This document shows, piece by piece, positions 46,193 to 58,113 of a stretch of 64,000 bases of DNA. A program made the position numbers and the translations under genes. The notes beneath the pieces are model-generated. The model was not told the origin of the DNA. It ran no database searches and was given only the letters and a program-made list of their open reading frames with translations. The first letter of the stretch is position 1; each line of letters starts with the position of its first letter. Source of the DNA: Yuukianura sp. NJ FZ-2021 (lineage: Eukaryota); the NCBI GenBank assembly GCA_046563655.1, contig CM102285.1, forward strand, positions 372,001-436,000, in the 5' to 3' direction.

Positions 46193-47414
46193 CATAGATG
46201 GGCATCCTCAAAGAGGACGTCCTCAAATCCTCTATCCTCAGTCGATTCCCGATCCTCAAGTACTCTTCTCCTCTATCCTCACTCGATTTCTAGTCCTCAA
46301 ATCTTCAAAACCTCATCCTCATTGGCATTCCAATCCTTAAAACCTCAAATCCTCTATCCTCAACCCCAATAATGTCCTCAAATCCTTAAACCTCTATCCT
46401 CAATTAAGTGAAAATAACTATACAGTTTGGTTCCGTTCACCAAGTCAATTTTATTTCAGACTGTAATATTGAATTTAATTAACCAAAAACGCTATAACCA
46501 TTAAGTCATGCCTTACCAAAGGGATTCAAACAGTTGTAGCAATTAGGTTGAACAATCGCGATTGTTATTGGCAGGGTTGGCTGGTTTTTGGTTTTTATTG
46601 AAAATAATCAAAACCCAATGTTTTTTGGTTTAATCAATGGTTTTTTTGGTTTAAATCAAACCGGAGTTTGTGTAGATATTACACAGTTCTCATCGATAAA
46701 GAGATAGTAAACTTGAAGCATCCACTAAAAGAACTTGCTAATTACTATTACAAGTGCTGTTGACGCACAATTACTTCAAAAAAACTATAAATTGGAAAAT
46801 GGAAATTGCAAATTTAATGCTTTTGGCTTTTTTTTAGTTTAATTTCGTAACTTTTGGCTTATAAAACCAAAAAAAAAAAAACAACACCAGGTTTTATTGA
46901 AAAAAAAAACCAGTTGGTTTAAATCAATTGGTTTTAACAAGTGGAAGCCCTGGTTAGTGGAAGCCAAATTTGTGTTAAGCAGATGTTGGCGTATCATTAA
47001 CACTTGCAGTGATACTGGCAGCTGATGATACAAAAGAATAATAGTGAAGAGAAGAAATCGGATCAAAACTCATGCTCAACTTTGAAACAACCGCGGTTGT
47101 TAGCGGGATATCTGGGGATGTCTCACTTGACTCAATTTGCTAGGAATTGCGAAATGAGGAGTGCTCAAATACTCAATCCTCAAGTAAATTTGAATCCTCA
47201 ACTACTCTAATCCTCTATCCTCATTTCATACTATATCCTTAAATACTCAAAACCTCTATCCTCATTCAAAATCCATCCTCAAAACTTCAATCCTCTATAC
47301 TCTTCGAGGCCATCGGTCCTCAAATCTTCTATACTCAATCCTCATCCCAAATCGTGTCCTCTTTGAGGATTTCGTCCTCTTTGAGGATTTTTTGAGTGAG
47401 GACGCCCATCTATG
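46193..47414. mobile_element. Non-autonomous hAT transposon with ATCCTC-rich subterminal repeats
   Basis: TIR CATAGATGGGC/GCCCATCTATG and 8-bp TSD CTCGGGAC (46185-46192, 47415-47422). Confidence 0.9.
46572..46952. mobile_element. hAT-like MITE nested in the 46193-47414 element
   Basis: CAGGGTT...AGCCCTG termini, flanks GTTATTGG / GTTAGTGG (7 of 8 match), AAACC/GGTTT internal repeats. Confidence 0.7.
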
Positions 47415-48904
47415 CTCGGGACTTTGCCTGCGGTGTGAGTTGATCTGATGATGGTGTGATGTGATTTCTTTTTTGGAAGCCAGGTTTACGTTATGTTATG
47501 TTACATTTTGAGAACACGCGGGAAAATGAATTAAGGATAAGGTTGGGTTACTCATGCTGTGGTTTCCTACCTCAAGAAAGTGAAACTGAAATGAGAAGTG
47601 GAGCTGGAAACACGTAAAGCCGACGAAGCTCGTTGACTTAATCAGCTTTATGAGCACTGCGCCTTTCTCTGACTCGAATCCTAACATAACAAAAGTTAGG
47701 CCAAAAAAAGTTAACCTAACAAAAGGCATGCAGCAGCGTTTCATGTTCTGTGAAAATCTTGACCAAAAGAAAAATTTCACGATTTGTCAATTTTCTAGTC
47801 GTTTTCTTCCTTTCTTCGGCAATATTAACTTTCTTTTTTGGCTCAAATGACTCGAGTGAGTGAAAGTGAAAGGAAACCACAATGAAAAGAAAAAGTTCAA
47901 AAAAGAAACTTTTTCTTTCTAAAAATTGCTTGTTGTGGTTCTGTCTCTAAACAAAAAAGGCTAAAAGTACTATGAACGGAAAATTCAATTAGTATTTTAT
48001 GTACTACAAAGTACTATACACTCATATTTTTAGTTACATAACACATGACATAACTTTTCCAGCAATTATAAGTGTTTTTGAGTTTAGTTTTTATGAACTT
48101 TTTTTTTTGAATTTTGTCAAATTTAGTCCTCATTCTAAATTATTGGTTGGAATTTTAGTGAAATTGAAGTGCCCGGTTAGATTTGGTAATTATTATTATT
48201 TTTTTTTTTTACAAAAATTTGTATTTTGTAACACTGTTAAAATGGGTTTTGATTTTTGTGTAACTGTATGATATTGGTGGCAGTTAGTAAAGAGTTTTAG
48301 CTTAATACTGGACTTTTACGGTATAACTGAAGGGGTGATGTGAGAAACTAAGAAAGTTGAGCAAGGAAGAACTAAAACCTTATGACACGCCAGTCCATGC
48401 ATTTTTAAAGGTCATTTTAAGTGGAGAAAGAGAGAAAAAACTGCTCCCGCCTTTCTCCCCTTAAATCATGGACGAATCGCTCCCACAGCTCGCTCCTTAG
48501 CTTCAACAACCAACCACCACCACCCTACTTTTCTCTGTTACGTTCACTTAGTACCGTAAAACTTCAAATATTACCCCCGGGGTACGAATTCCTTCGTACT
48601 TTGGAGTGGAGTAATATTTGAACATTTACGTTTATCCTTTATACACGATCAACATACAATTTCTTAAACTAAATCTTAACTAGAACCCACCTTAAGTAAG
48701 TGTTCTTACTCTAATCATGTTAACTTTAGTCCTTTATGCCTCCAGTCTTCTTGTTTCTCAAAAGTTTAGTCGCTTATCTAAAAACCATCCTGCGCATTCA
48801 TGAATTGTGTGTGATCTGCGGGTCAGCTTTCAAATAGATTATGCAAACAGAGTGACAGATTTGGCTTAAGTTAGGAACTGTACAACTGCGAAGATTATGT
48901 GCAG

Positions 48905-50002
48905 GGGCCCAATTATGATTCAGAGTGACAGTTGGGGTATCTTTGGGGTAAACCCGTAACCCCTCTATTACTCTTCCAGTTACCCCCGATTACGATCTTT
49001 TTTGGAGTAATTTGGAAAAGGGTAACTTTGGAGTTTCAACTTTACACTTTCTATACTCCGCGGTAACTCCAAATTTCAAAAACATAAACAAACAAACCAC
49101 ATTCAAACTTCAAATGGAATATGTACCGACCAGCTGTTTTTGATTTGCTTTCTTCATACATCATTCTTAACCATCGACATTAAAGTACTGACAAAGCGAT
49201 GATATGCCATGGTTTACCAGAATCTCCACACACCGTAGGCGTTGCCACTGCTCATGAGGCAGGGGTTGACACTACGGTGTCGTATGACTACCAAGTACCC
49301 AAGTTTAGTTTAGTCCCAAAGTTTAGTTTTGCATATTTTTAGTTTCATCAGTTTAGTTAGGCCATTCTGACGTATCACGAATGGGTCTATGAAGAACGAT
49401 GGAACTTGGTGGAGAAGATTTTCGTTTATTTTTATTTTCTAATTTGGCCTATTACCTCAACCAGTGATCACAGACCCAAATAGTGATATGTCAAGATGAT
49501 GGCCTCAGTAAATGAACAACTTTTGTAGAGGTCATTCTTGAGGTCATATAGAAGCAATGAGCTTGAACTTTGACATTTTGTAAAACTGGGTCCTGAATTG
49601 TAGCCATTGTGACCACCCTGCGGCGTCGACACAGTTGCAGTAGAACTGGCGTTGACACGCAGGGCTGCACAACGGAACATGAAGTCACAAACCGATTACC
49701 AAGCGATGAATTACCAATGTTCTCCCAAGTCTAGACCTACTAAACCCTCCCAAAAGCAGGATAACTTTTCGGGTCTTGTTAGAGTTAGAAGACCCGAATC
49801 ATAATCAACAAAGATAGAAAAGTGTTAAAATAGTGTGAGTTCGGAGTTCCGAAAGGGTCTGTCTGGAGTTTCAACGGAGTGTGCAAGGGTAACAACCGGG
49901 TTAGGGTAAACTCTCAATCGTAGTTAGAGTGAGAAGATTTGGAGTTAAAAAGGTGTCACTTTCGGGTAACTTTCCCTGTCACTCTGAATCATAATTGGGC
50001 CC
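48905..50002. mobile_element. PIF/Harbinger-like non-autonomous element
   Basis: Perfect 27-bp TIR GGGCCCAATTATGATTCAGAGTGACAG and 3-bp TSD CAG. Confidence 0.85.
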
Positions 50003-50042
50003 CAGGGGCATAGGTTAGGGTCAAAATTGAATTTCAGAAGTC

Positions 50043-50236
50043 GACATGCCAAAAATATTTAGTTCCCATGCCTGTAATGTTAACAAAATCAATATTTCGG
50101 GACTCTTTGTTACTAAATATTTATTTATATACCCATGCCCTTAATGTTTAGTTCATAAATATTTCGAGCTTTTTCAGTAAATATTGTATTTATTTAAATA
50201 TTTCGCTGGTTTTTGGTAAATATTTTTGGCATGTCC
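50043..50236. mobile_element. Small MITE-like inverted repeat
   Basis: GACATGCCAAAAATATTTA ... TAAATATTTTTGGCATGTC with internal AAATATTT repeats. Confidence 0.55.
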
Positions 50237-51134
50237 ATGTCAACTAAAGATAAACTTGTGGTCATCTTCAGTCAAACCGCACTGATAAACGACACTGTGA
50301 CTGACGAGCTTATTCCTTTTTTTACTAATTTAAATGTATCAAACTCAAAACACTTCCCAGTATTCTGTTTCCGTAAGTTAAGCAGTACAACCAAGATTTT
50401 AACTATTTAGTCAACCTTCTGGAGAAGAGGGCGCTATTTGGAAATTGACGGTACTAAACTTAAGTTATTTTGTGAGGAGGACACAAAGGAAATATAAAGA
50501 GCCAGGCACTGCTTACTTTCTCTCTCGTTTTGTGCTTTCGCTATTCAGGCAACCGTGACTTGGCGCTCTCTCTGTAATTCTCTCAGTCGCATTTTGTTTC
50601 TTTTCTTCCTCGTTCCAAAACAAATCAAGGAAAAATCAAAACACGTTTCCACCCCACGGCGAAGTGGAGTCACGGTGCACGAACACCGCGGCGGACTAAA
50701 ACCGTGTCCAAGTTTAGAACTTTTCAGCTAAGGTTTTAGTGTTTCAATCCACTTTGTCCAACCACGGCTCACTTTCACTCCCTGCAAAGAACCTTTCACT
50801 AAGCCTAACCTAACGTTAATGCCGCTGGCTTATTGGATTTGGAAGTCTCTGGAGAAACATTAAGGATTCACGAAAACCTAAACCTTAACAGTAGGAAACA
50901 GTCGTTTCTGGAAGAAAAACACCACAATTTTGGATATTTTTGGAACAGTAGGTTCCGGTTGCCACGGAGGAGAGAAAGTGCAAAATTCTCTCAAGTGTCG
51001 TGGAGGGCTTATTTGCACATTCAAAGTGTTTTATTTAAGTGTCGTCGCTGAATTTTCAAGTATAAAAGCACTCTTGCGTAACATTTTCAAGTGTTTCAAG
51101 TCTCATGGACCAATTAGCATCACGTAAGCTTTTC

Positions 51135-51400
51135 AGTCTCAATTTGCCCCAACCGAGACTAATTTTTGATTTTCTCACTCTACCCCAACAGACTATTTTC
51201 TGAGTTTCTCACTCTGCCCCAACTGAGACTATTTTTTTCTCAGTTTTCTCAATTCAATTGAGACTTACTTTTTTTTTGTCTCACTGTGTCACAATTGAGA
51301 CTTTTTTTGTATCACTTGAACCCAATTGAGACTAATTTGTTTTCTCACTGCACCAATTGAGGCTAATTTTTGTTTGTTTCATTTTGTCCCAGTTCGGACT
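51135..51400. repeat. Degenerate tandem repeat of about 40-45 bp
   Basis: Recurring TCTCAC...CCCAA(C/T)TGAGACTA-T-run units. Confidence 0.65.
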
Positions 51401-51781
51401 TTAAATGAAGCAATTTTTTTCCCGTGCGTTTCTGTTGTAAACTCTCCAAACTTCTCTCGGGTGCGGAAGAGAAAGCCCATTTTCACTCTATGGATTTTGC
51501 ATTTTTTGCACGTTTTCGCAATGCGAAAAACTAAGTGCAAAAAATGCTTTCCGGAGACTAATTCAAACGATTTCCGAAACCTAATGACTGCGTTTCCGGG
51601 TGTTAACGAAGTTGGTGAAAAGTTAATAAAAAAAAAGAAGTTTTCGGAAACTCTACCACTTTCGAAAGTTTTTTGGGAAACTTACTGTACAAACTCTTCA
51701 GAAATAGACTAGACTGAGATCTTTTTTGTTTGGAAATTTCAAGGTCTGAAATTTTGAAGTTTTTTTTTTCAAAATTTGCAG

Positions 51782-54700
51782 GACCAGGCCTTCTTAGAGG
51801 ATTTTGTAACGAAACGGTACACTGTATCGGCAACCTGTTTTGCCTCAATAGTCATATCCATAGGGCGTTCGTTTGCGGATGTCCAGAAGGCTATGCCCCA
51901 AACCCATCAGACGAAAACTCATGCACAGGTATGTAACAACTTTTTCGAAAAAAAAAAGTTTTTTCGTTTTTTTTTTTGAAATTTTGAAAAGAATGAAAGT
52001 CGTTTTTGGATGATTGAGGATCGCTGTTCCAACAAAAGAGACACAAGGGGTTTAGGTTTGTATAGTGTTTGGAGCCATTCAAAGTCATGCATAATGGAAC
52101 GAGATTGAGGAATTTGATAGAAATATTGATTTTCCCATTTTGAATTTTTTATTGATCAAATTTTTCAGGTTTTGTGACAGCTACGAAGTAATGAGTTTCT
52201 TTTGTTCTTTACTTTATGACCATCTCGTGCCTTGCTATTCACAAAAAGTGACAGTTACGATCCACCAGATTGGAAATTTTGAATTTCAAATTACCAAAAT
52301 TTTGCAATTTGCTCTGAATTTCATAACATCAAATACTTTAGGTTTCATTTTTTTATGACATGGGAGTTAGAATTTACAAAAAATCCAACCATTTCATTTC
52401 GATTTCTTTTAATTTTTTGAATGATTTTTTACATTTTTACATTTTTGTCGATTTTTGCATGATTTTTTTTTATCAAAAAATTTGTATTCATTTGTGTTTG
52501 TAGTTTTGACTTTCAGCGTTTCAGACTTTTTGAAAAATTTTTTGGGGTTTCATTTGTTTCGCTATGTTTTGTTCCGGTTTCACTGTTTCGGTTTCGGTTA
52601 TTTTGATGTGGGACTGTCGCTGTACCGGTTTTGTTTATGATTTGTACCGGTTTCACCGTCTGGTTTCGGTTTCTTTTCGCGCAGAACCATTGGTCCATAC
52701 GTTTTTTGGATCCATTCGTAGTGTGACTTCGTAGTGTTCAGTTGCTGTGCAACTTTTGGCGGGAAAAGATCTTGCTCAGCCAATGGGACGTCGAGGGGCG
52801 GAGTTACCGGAGAACCCGACACTCTGTGTACGCTGGCAACGGAACTCCCGCCAGACGGATGCTCATTGGTCAGTTCCTCATATCTCTGCAGGATCAGCAT
52901 TTTCACGGCATCTCTCTCCGGTAACCAACTCGAATCGTCGAACAGCTGAAACTTATAGTTTCGTCCGACAAACGGCCGGTCCGGTACTTCTTCCGGTTCG
53001 GTTTCTTCCGGAACATCTTCCCCTTCAAAATCTGTTTCTTCCGGTTTCGGTTCTCCTGATTCGTCCAATGAAAAGTCATTTTTCCAGAATCCCATTGGGA
53101 TATGTTCCTTGAAAAACCGTGGATCGTAAATTGTGTACCGAACACGACCACGGTCGTCTTCAGATTCGAAACTGCCGGTTTTCGATTCTTTTTTCTCGGC
53201 AATTTCTTGGAGCGAAATTCGTGAAATCTGGGGCGAAGTTTCGGTTGATTTGGATTCGTTGAAAATGTCGTGTTCCGATTCGTCTGCCGTTTCGTCTACC
53301 GTTTCGTATTCGGTTTCCACAGCGTACATGGATGCTTTGGGCTGCTGAATCTCTGATGTCCGTTTACGCAAAGTTGCAGCGAGGTTGAAGGTCGGACGAA
53401 AACCGGGATCCGGTTTGACCTGCCATCGCTGAATTTCTTCGGTTTCAGTTTCGGCAGATTTGTCGTCGGCAGATTTGTCTTGTAGTAAGCTCGATTGGCG
53501 GTGCGGTTGACTTGAACGAAGTCGCTCTTTCACTTCTTCAATCTAAATGTAATAATATTTTATTAATATGTTATTGTTATTATATATTAATATGTTATTA
53601 TTAGATATTAATATTAACTTGTTTATTTTTAAACATTTTTGGAGTTTTGACAAAATTACGATGGATTTTTGCTAAAAGTCGTTGAGCTCAGTTAAAATTT
53701 TGGCATTCAAGCCAGTTTTTCGGTTTTTGGAGAAAGTCGTCAAGTCAAATTAAATTTTGGCAAAAAGCTTTAGGTTTTGGCAAAGTTTGAAGCTAAAGAA
53801 AGGCCTGAAGAAGATTAAACCGTAATTTAGAAGGTGTGAAGGAGTTGATTAGGTTTTTAATTAGAAAAGTTCCCAGGTTTTAATCTTGGCATGAGCGTCG
53901 TGGTATAAACAATGCTTTTCTAAAAAGCAATTTTTGAAAAGTTTTTAAAAGTGTGCGGGCTTTCTTTTTGAAAAAAAAGAAGAAGCGGGAATTGCTTTCA
54001 TATTGTTTAACTATTTGAGCAGAGACAGAGTAATTTGAAATATTTGAGGTTTGAAAGTCAAAAAATTGAGCCATCAGATTTAAAAACTTTCGTAATTTTT
54101 AAAATTTTGAACTTTTTTTTTAAAAGTTGAAGTTTGTTACCTCATAGGCTGTTTGTAGAATGTCCTGTTGAAGTGTTTCCATCAAAGTGTCCAGTTCTAG
54201 TTGACGCGCAGGCGCCTTTTGACGCAAGTATTTGTGTATAAGACGAAGTGGATCCTCCAGTTTCTCTTTTTCGGCAAAAAGACGCGAAAAAATTTCCAGT
54301 AAAATATCTGCTGTTCCTGAATCTTCCAGAAAAGCGATGAAATCTCCACGTTTCGTCAAAGGCTAAGATTTTCAAAAACAAAAATTTTCAAAAAGTTTTC
54401 TAAAAACTGAAAAATTTCTATGAAACATCGATTTTTTTTAAATACTAAGCAGAAGTTATGAAGAAACTTACAATGGACGGAAACGCAAGAGATGACTTGC
54501 GTCGACTTCCGTGTTGTGCTGGAGTTCGATTCATTTTCTGGAAAAATTGATTTGTACACTTCAAAGAATACAATTCAGTTATAATTAATTATAATTATAT
54601 TAATTGCAATAATTATATTAACTGCAATTATATCAGCACCACTTTTATGCACAACAGTACTTTTGGCCTTGAGCGCAGTATTTCAAGACAAACGTTTTTG

Positions 54701-55408
54701 AAACGTTTGAGAACGTTTCGCTTGTTCGCGAAAAACTTTTTTTTGTTGTTTATAATACAGAGTTTCTGAACAGAAATGCACCATGGCAACAGCTTTGAAC
54801 GAAATTTTCAAAAATTCAAGAAAAAATTTTACAAAAATTTCTCCCACTTTTTTTTTTGAAATTCAAGTAATATGCTGGTACTTATTTCCTGTTTCGTTTT
54901 TTTTTAGAACGAGTGATAGTGCAAATCGAGTATGGTCCGGATCCGACGATGATCGGAGTTGTCATCGGCCTAGCTCTCATGTCAGTCACTCTCTGCATTG
55001 TGATGCGGCTATTTGCAAAGTAAACTCAAAAATAACTTTTCAAAATTTTGAAACCTAAAATTTTAACATTTTTGAACATTTTTAAAATAGAGCGAGATTT
55101 ACCGAGAACAGGACAATTTTTAACACAGCGAATCCAAGGCTGATGAATGTTTCTCTGAAGACGACTGGCGGAAGCGGAAGGGGCGGAGCTGACAAGAGCA
55201 TTAGTGGAGCAGAACGAGAAAGATTCACAGTCTCCGATAGTCAACAGAACCAAAACAGTAAATAAATAATATATTATATAATATATAATTATAGTATAAT
55301 ATATAATTATATATTATTTTAATTGAAAGTAATTACTTTAGCTTGATTTGTCTTGCTTTAGGTGCTGAAAGTGGTCTTCTGGCACAAAATCCAACGAGTC
55401 CAGTATAA
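51782..55408 (+). CDS. Single-pass membrane protein with an EGF/EB-like Cys module (5' exon not identified)
   Basis: In-frame exons 51782-51928 (six Cys, CGCPEGY), 54908-55019 (TM DPTMIGVVIGLALMSVTLCIVMRLF), 55091-55257 (ARFTENRTIFNTANPRLMNVSL) and 55362-55408. Confidence 0.75.
52598..54534 (-). CDS. MYCBP/AMY-1-like protein with a long acidic C-terminal extension, nested antisense in an intron
   Basis: Phase-0 exons 54472-54534, 54141-54362 and 52598-53542. TKRGDFIAFLEDSGTADILLEIFSRLFAEKEKLEDPLRLIHKYL resembles the MYCBP dimerisation region as recalled. Confidence 0.7.
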
Positions 55409-55754
55409 CTCTGGCTAAATTGAAAACGAAAAGTTTGTGCTGAAATTTCGCGCCTTTGGCGCGAATACCGCGACGTGAAAAAAATGAAATGACGCTGACC
55501 TTGAACAGAATTGCACAAATAAAAACCTTATGAAATTACTTTACATTCTCAATTTTTAGCTAAACCTTAAAATTGCAAAATTGAATACGTTGCCTTTTCC
55601 TATAACAATAAAAACTCTTTTCACATTCCTTCAACCAATTTAATATTTTATTGAATTTAACTATAATAATTATAGTTAAATTTATATTTAATCAAATTGG
55701 TCTTCGTCGAGTTTTGAAACTCCAATTTTTTCACGATTTCTTGAAAATCGGTAA

Positions 55755-57509
55755 TTACTTATTCCTCTTCCGTTTTTGTTGATTTTTTGCACCGTCCAGA
55801 ATTTGCGGTTCGTAGTCAAGTTCGGTTGCTTTAGCAAACAATTCAGCATACATCTCCAGTCGCTGGGTCATCTAAAAGTCAAAGGTCAAAGGTCATGTTA
55901 GTAAAGGTCAAAGGTCAAATTTTATGTCAATGAACTTTACACTCACCCGAAATCCCCACATGTCTTTGACCTGCTGACAGAGATTCAGATCTATTTCTAC
56001 AACAAGGAGTCCATCACGAACACGGGAAAGTTCCTGGACAATTAAAAAGTTGTTGAATTTAAAAATCTTGAAAATTACAATTTCGAAAATTAATTTTTTG
56101 ATGAAATTTACAGGAGTTCTGGCGCCATCAGGAGCAGTAACGTACGACGATCCATAAAAATGTGCAAAAGTGTCGTTCGTCCATTTTTCATCTCCGGATG
56201 TAAATACTTCCGTTCCAACACGGTTGATGGCACAAGTGAAGTAACTGTTGGCAATGGCCGCATTCCGAGCCTAAGTTCAAAATTTCACAATTTTAGAAAA
56301 TATAAATTTAAAAACGTGTTTAGGATTTCATTTTAAGAATCGCTTACTTCAATTCCCCAAGTCGGTTCAGTTAGATCACCGACAGTTGCTGAAGGATTGA
56401 ACACAATTTCTGCGTTGTTGAGTCCATACATTGTCCAGTTGAGCGGATGATGTCTTCCAAAACCAATGTCAACAGCGATTTTGCCAAACGGAGTCTGAAA
56501 TACAGGTCACGAGTAAAGGTCAAAGGTCAAGGTGAAGGTCAAAGTGCAAAGGTCATTGACCTACCTGGAATACTGGATGACCCAGGGTTGACTCCACGTA
56601 GTACGTGGATTCGATGAAGCCACCCACTCTCGGAATGTGGTTTTGCCTACTTTTGCCCAAATATTTTCCGTTGTTGCCAATAACAACAGCCGTGTTCCAG
56701 AAAACACCGCCGTCGTCACGCTCCAGGATCGGCGAAACTATGACCATGTTGTATGTTTTGGCCAATTTCTGCACAAGAAAAAAAATTGTCATTAGGTTAG
56801 TCAGATTTTAGGCTAACAAGGTTAATCGATTAGGTTAACTAATTAGGTTAACTGGGTTGTTAGGCTAACTTTCAAAAAGTGAGTCGTGGGTCCTTCTTCA
56901 GCATGTTCGTAGTACTCCGTCCAGGGAAGTCTCTCGCGCGAACAAAAAGCAACCGGCGTGGCTGTAAAACGTAGGAAAAATTGAGAAAAAGACGCAAACT
57001 TTAGCGATTCGCGTTTTTACGCACCTAAGGCGCGTAAGCTACCTTACTCCATGTTTCCTGGAAGCAGAAGATGTTGACTTTCATGGCCGCTGCAGCTTTG
57101 ATGGCATTCGCTGCCAAACTGTACAGCGCTGATCGCTGCTCCTTGATCGGTGAATCAGTGGGAAGCGGCAACTTGTTTTGAAAAAGTGCCACGCGCGTGA
57201 GGCGCGGAGGACGCAACTGTTCTGGTTGTGCAGTGAACTGTGCCGTTTGAATGCCAAAATCAGCTGATGGCGTCACAGCGATTCGCCAAGCTTCAACTGG
57301 AATCTCCAAACTTCTAAATTTAAAAAAAAACACAGTTTTTCAAAAAACCATTTAAAAAATGTGCGTTTTAATTTTCTAGTCCAAGTTTTGTACAAATTGT
57401 GAACTTACTGCGGAGGATATGCAGTACCATAGAGCACTTTCCAAACTTTCTTCAACTCTGCCTCTGGCAAATACTTGACCAAAATGGATTTTACACTTTC
57501 CATTTCCAT
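55755..57509 (-). CDS. Beta-ureidopropionase paralog with substituted catalytic residues (probable pseudoenzyme)
   Basis: Eight in-frame exons colinear with the neighbouring copy. FQETW retained, but KSRQNHIP and [11 protein letters not shown] replace the catalytic Lys and Cys motifs. Confidence 0.9.
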
Positions 57510-58113
57510 TTTCAAAATTGAAATTGGAGGTTTCGAAATTTCAGAATTTGGAAAAAATGAAATAAAGAATTGGACAACTGTAAGTTAAGAATATATGCTT
57601 CCAATCGGCTTCTTCTCCTTCGCAACACTGACACTGTAAACTTCTCAGAAGCTTGAGTCTAAAGGAATTATGATTTCTTAAATGTATGAATTTGATTTCT
57701 CAGGTTAATTGAATTGAAAAAAAAAGTAAAAAGTTAAATGAATTGAATAGTAGACTGGCTTATAGAGTTGTTTTGGGTTGAGTTTCGAAGATATTTTTTT
57801 CCAAACACACACAAAGTAAATGTAAGTCGTTGATAAATGTAAGTTTAACTGTGAATAACTTTTTGTAAAAAAAAAAACTCATGAAATTACTTTTACATCG
57901 TCAATTTTTAGCTAAAAACTAAAACTAGAAATGCAAAATTGAATACGCTGCCATTTCCAGTAACAATAAAAACTATTTTTTTACATTCCTGCAACAAATT
58001 TAACATTTTATTGAATTTAATTATAATAATTTGACCTCAGTCCATAGAATCGCTGCGAGTTCTGAAAATCTGAAATTTCTTCAACGATTTCTTAAAAATT
58101 GGCCATTTTTTTT

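Noticed and set aside
50833-51712. ORFs as first exon of the Cys-rich membrane protein
   Set aside because: No ATG plus signal peptide could be joined confidently. A phase-1 donor near 51614 is possible but unsupported.
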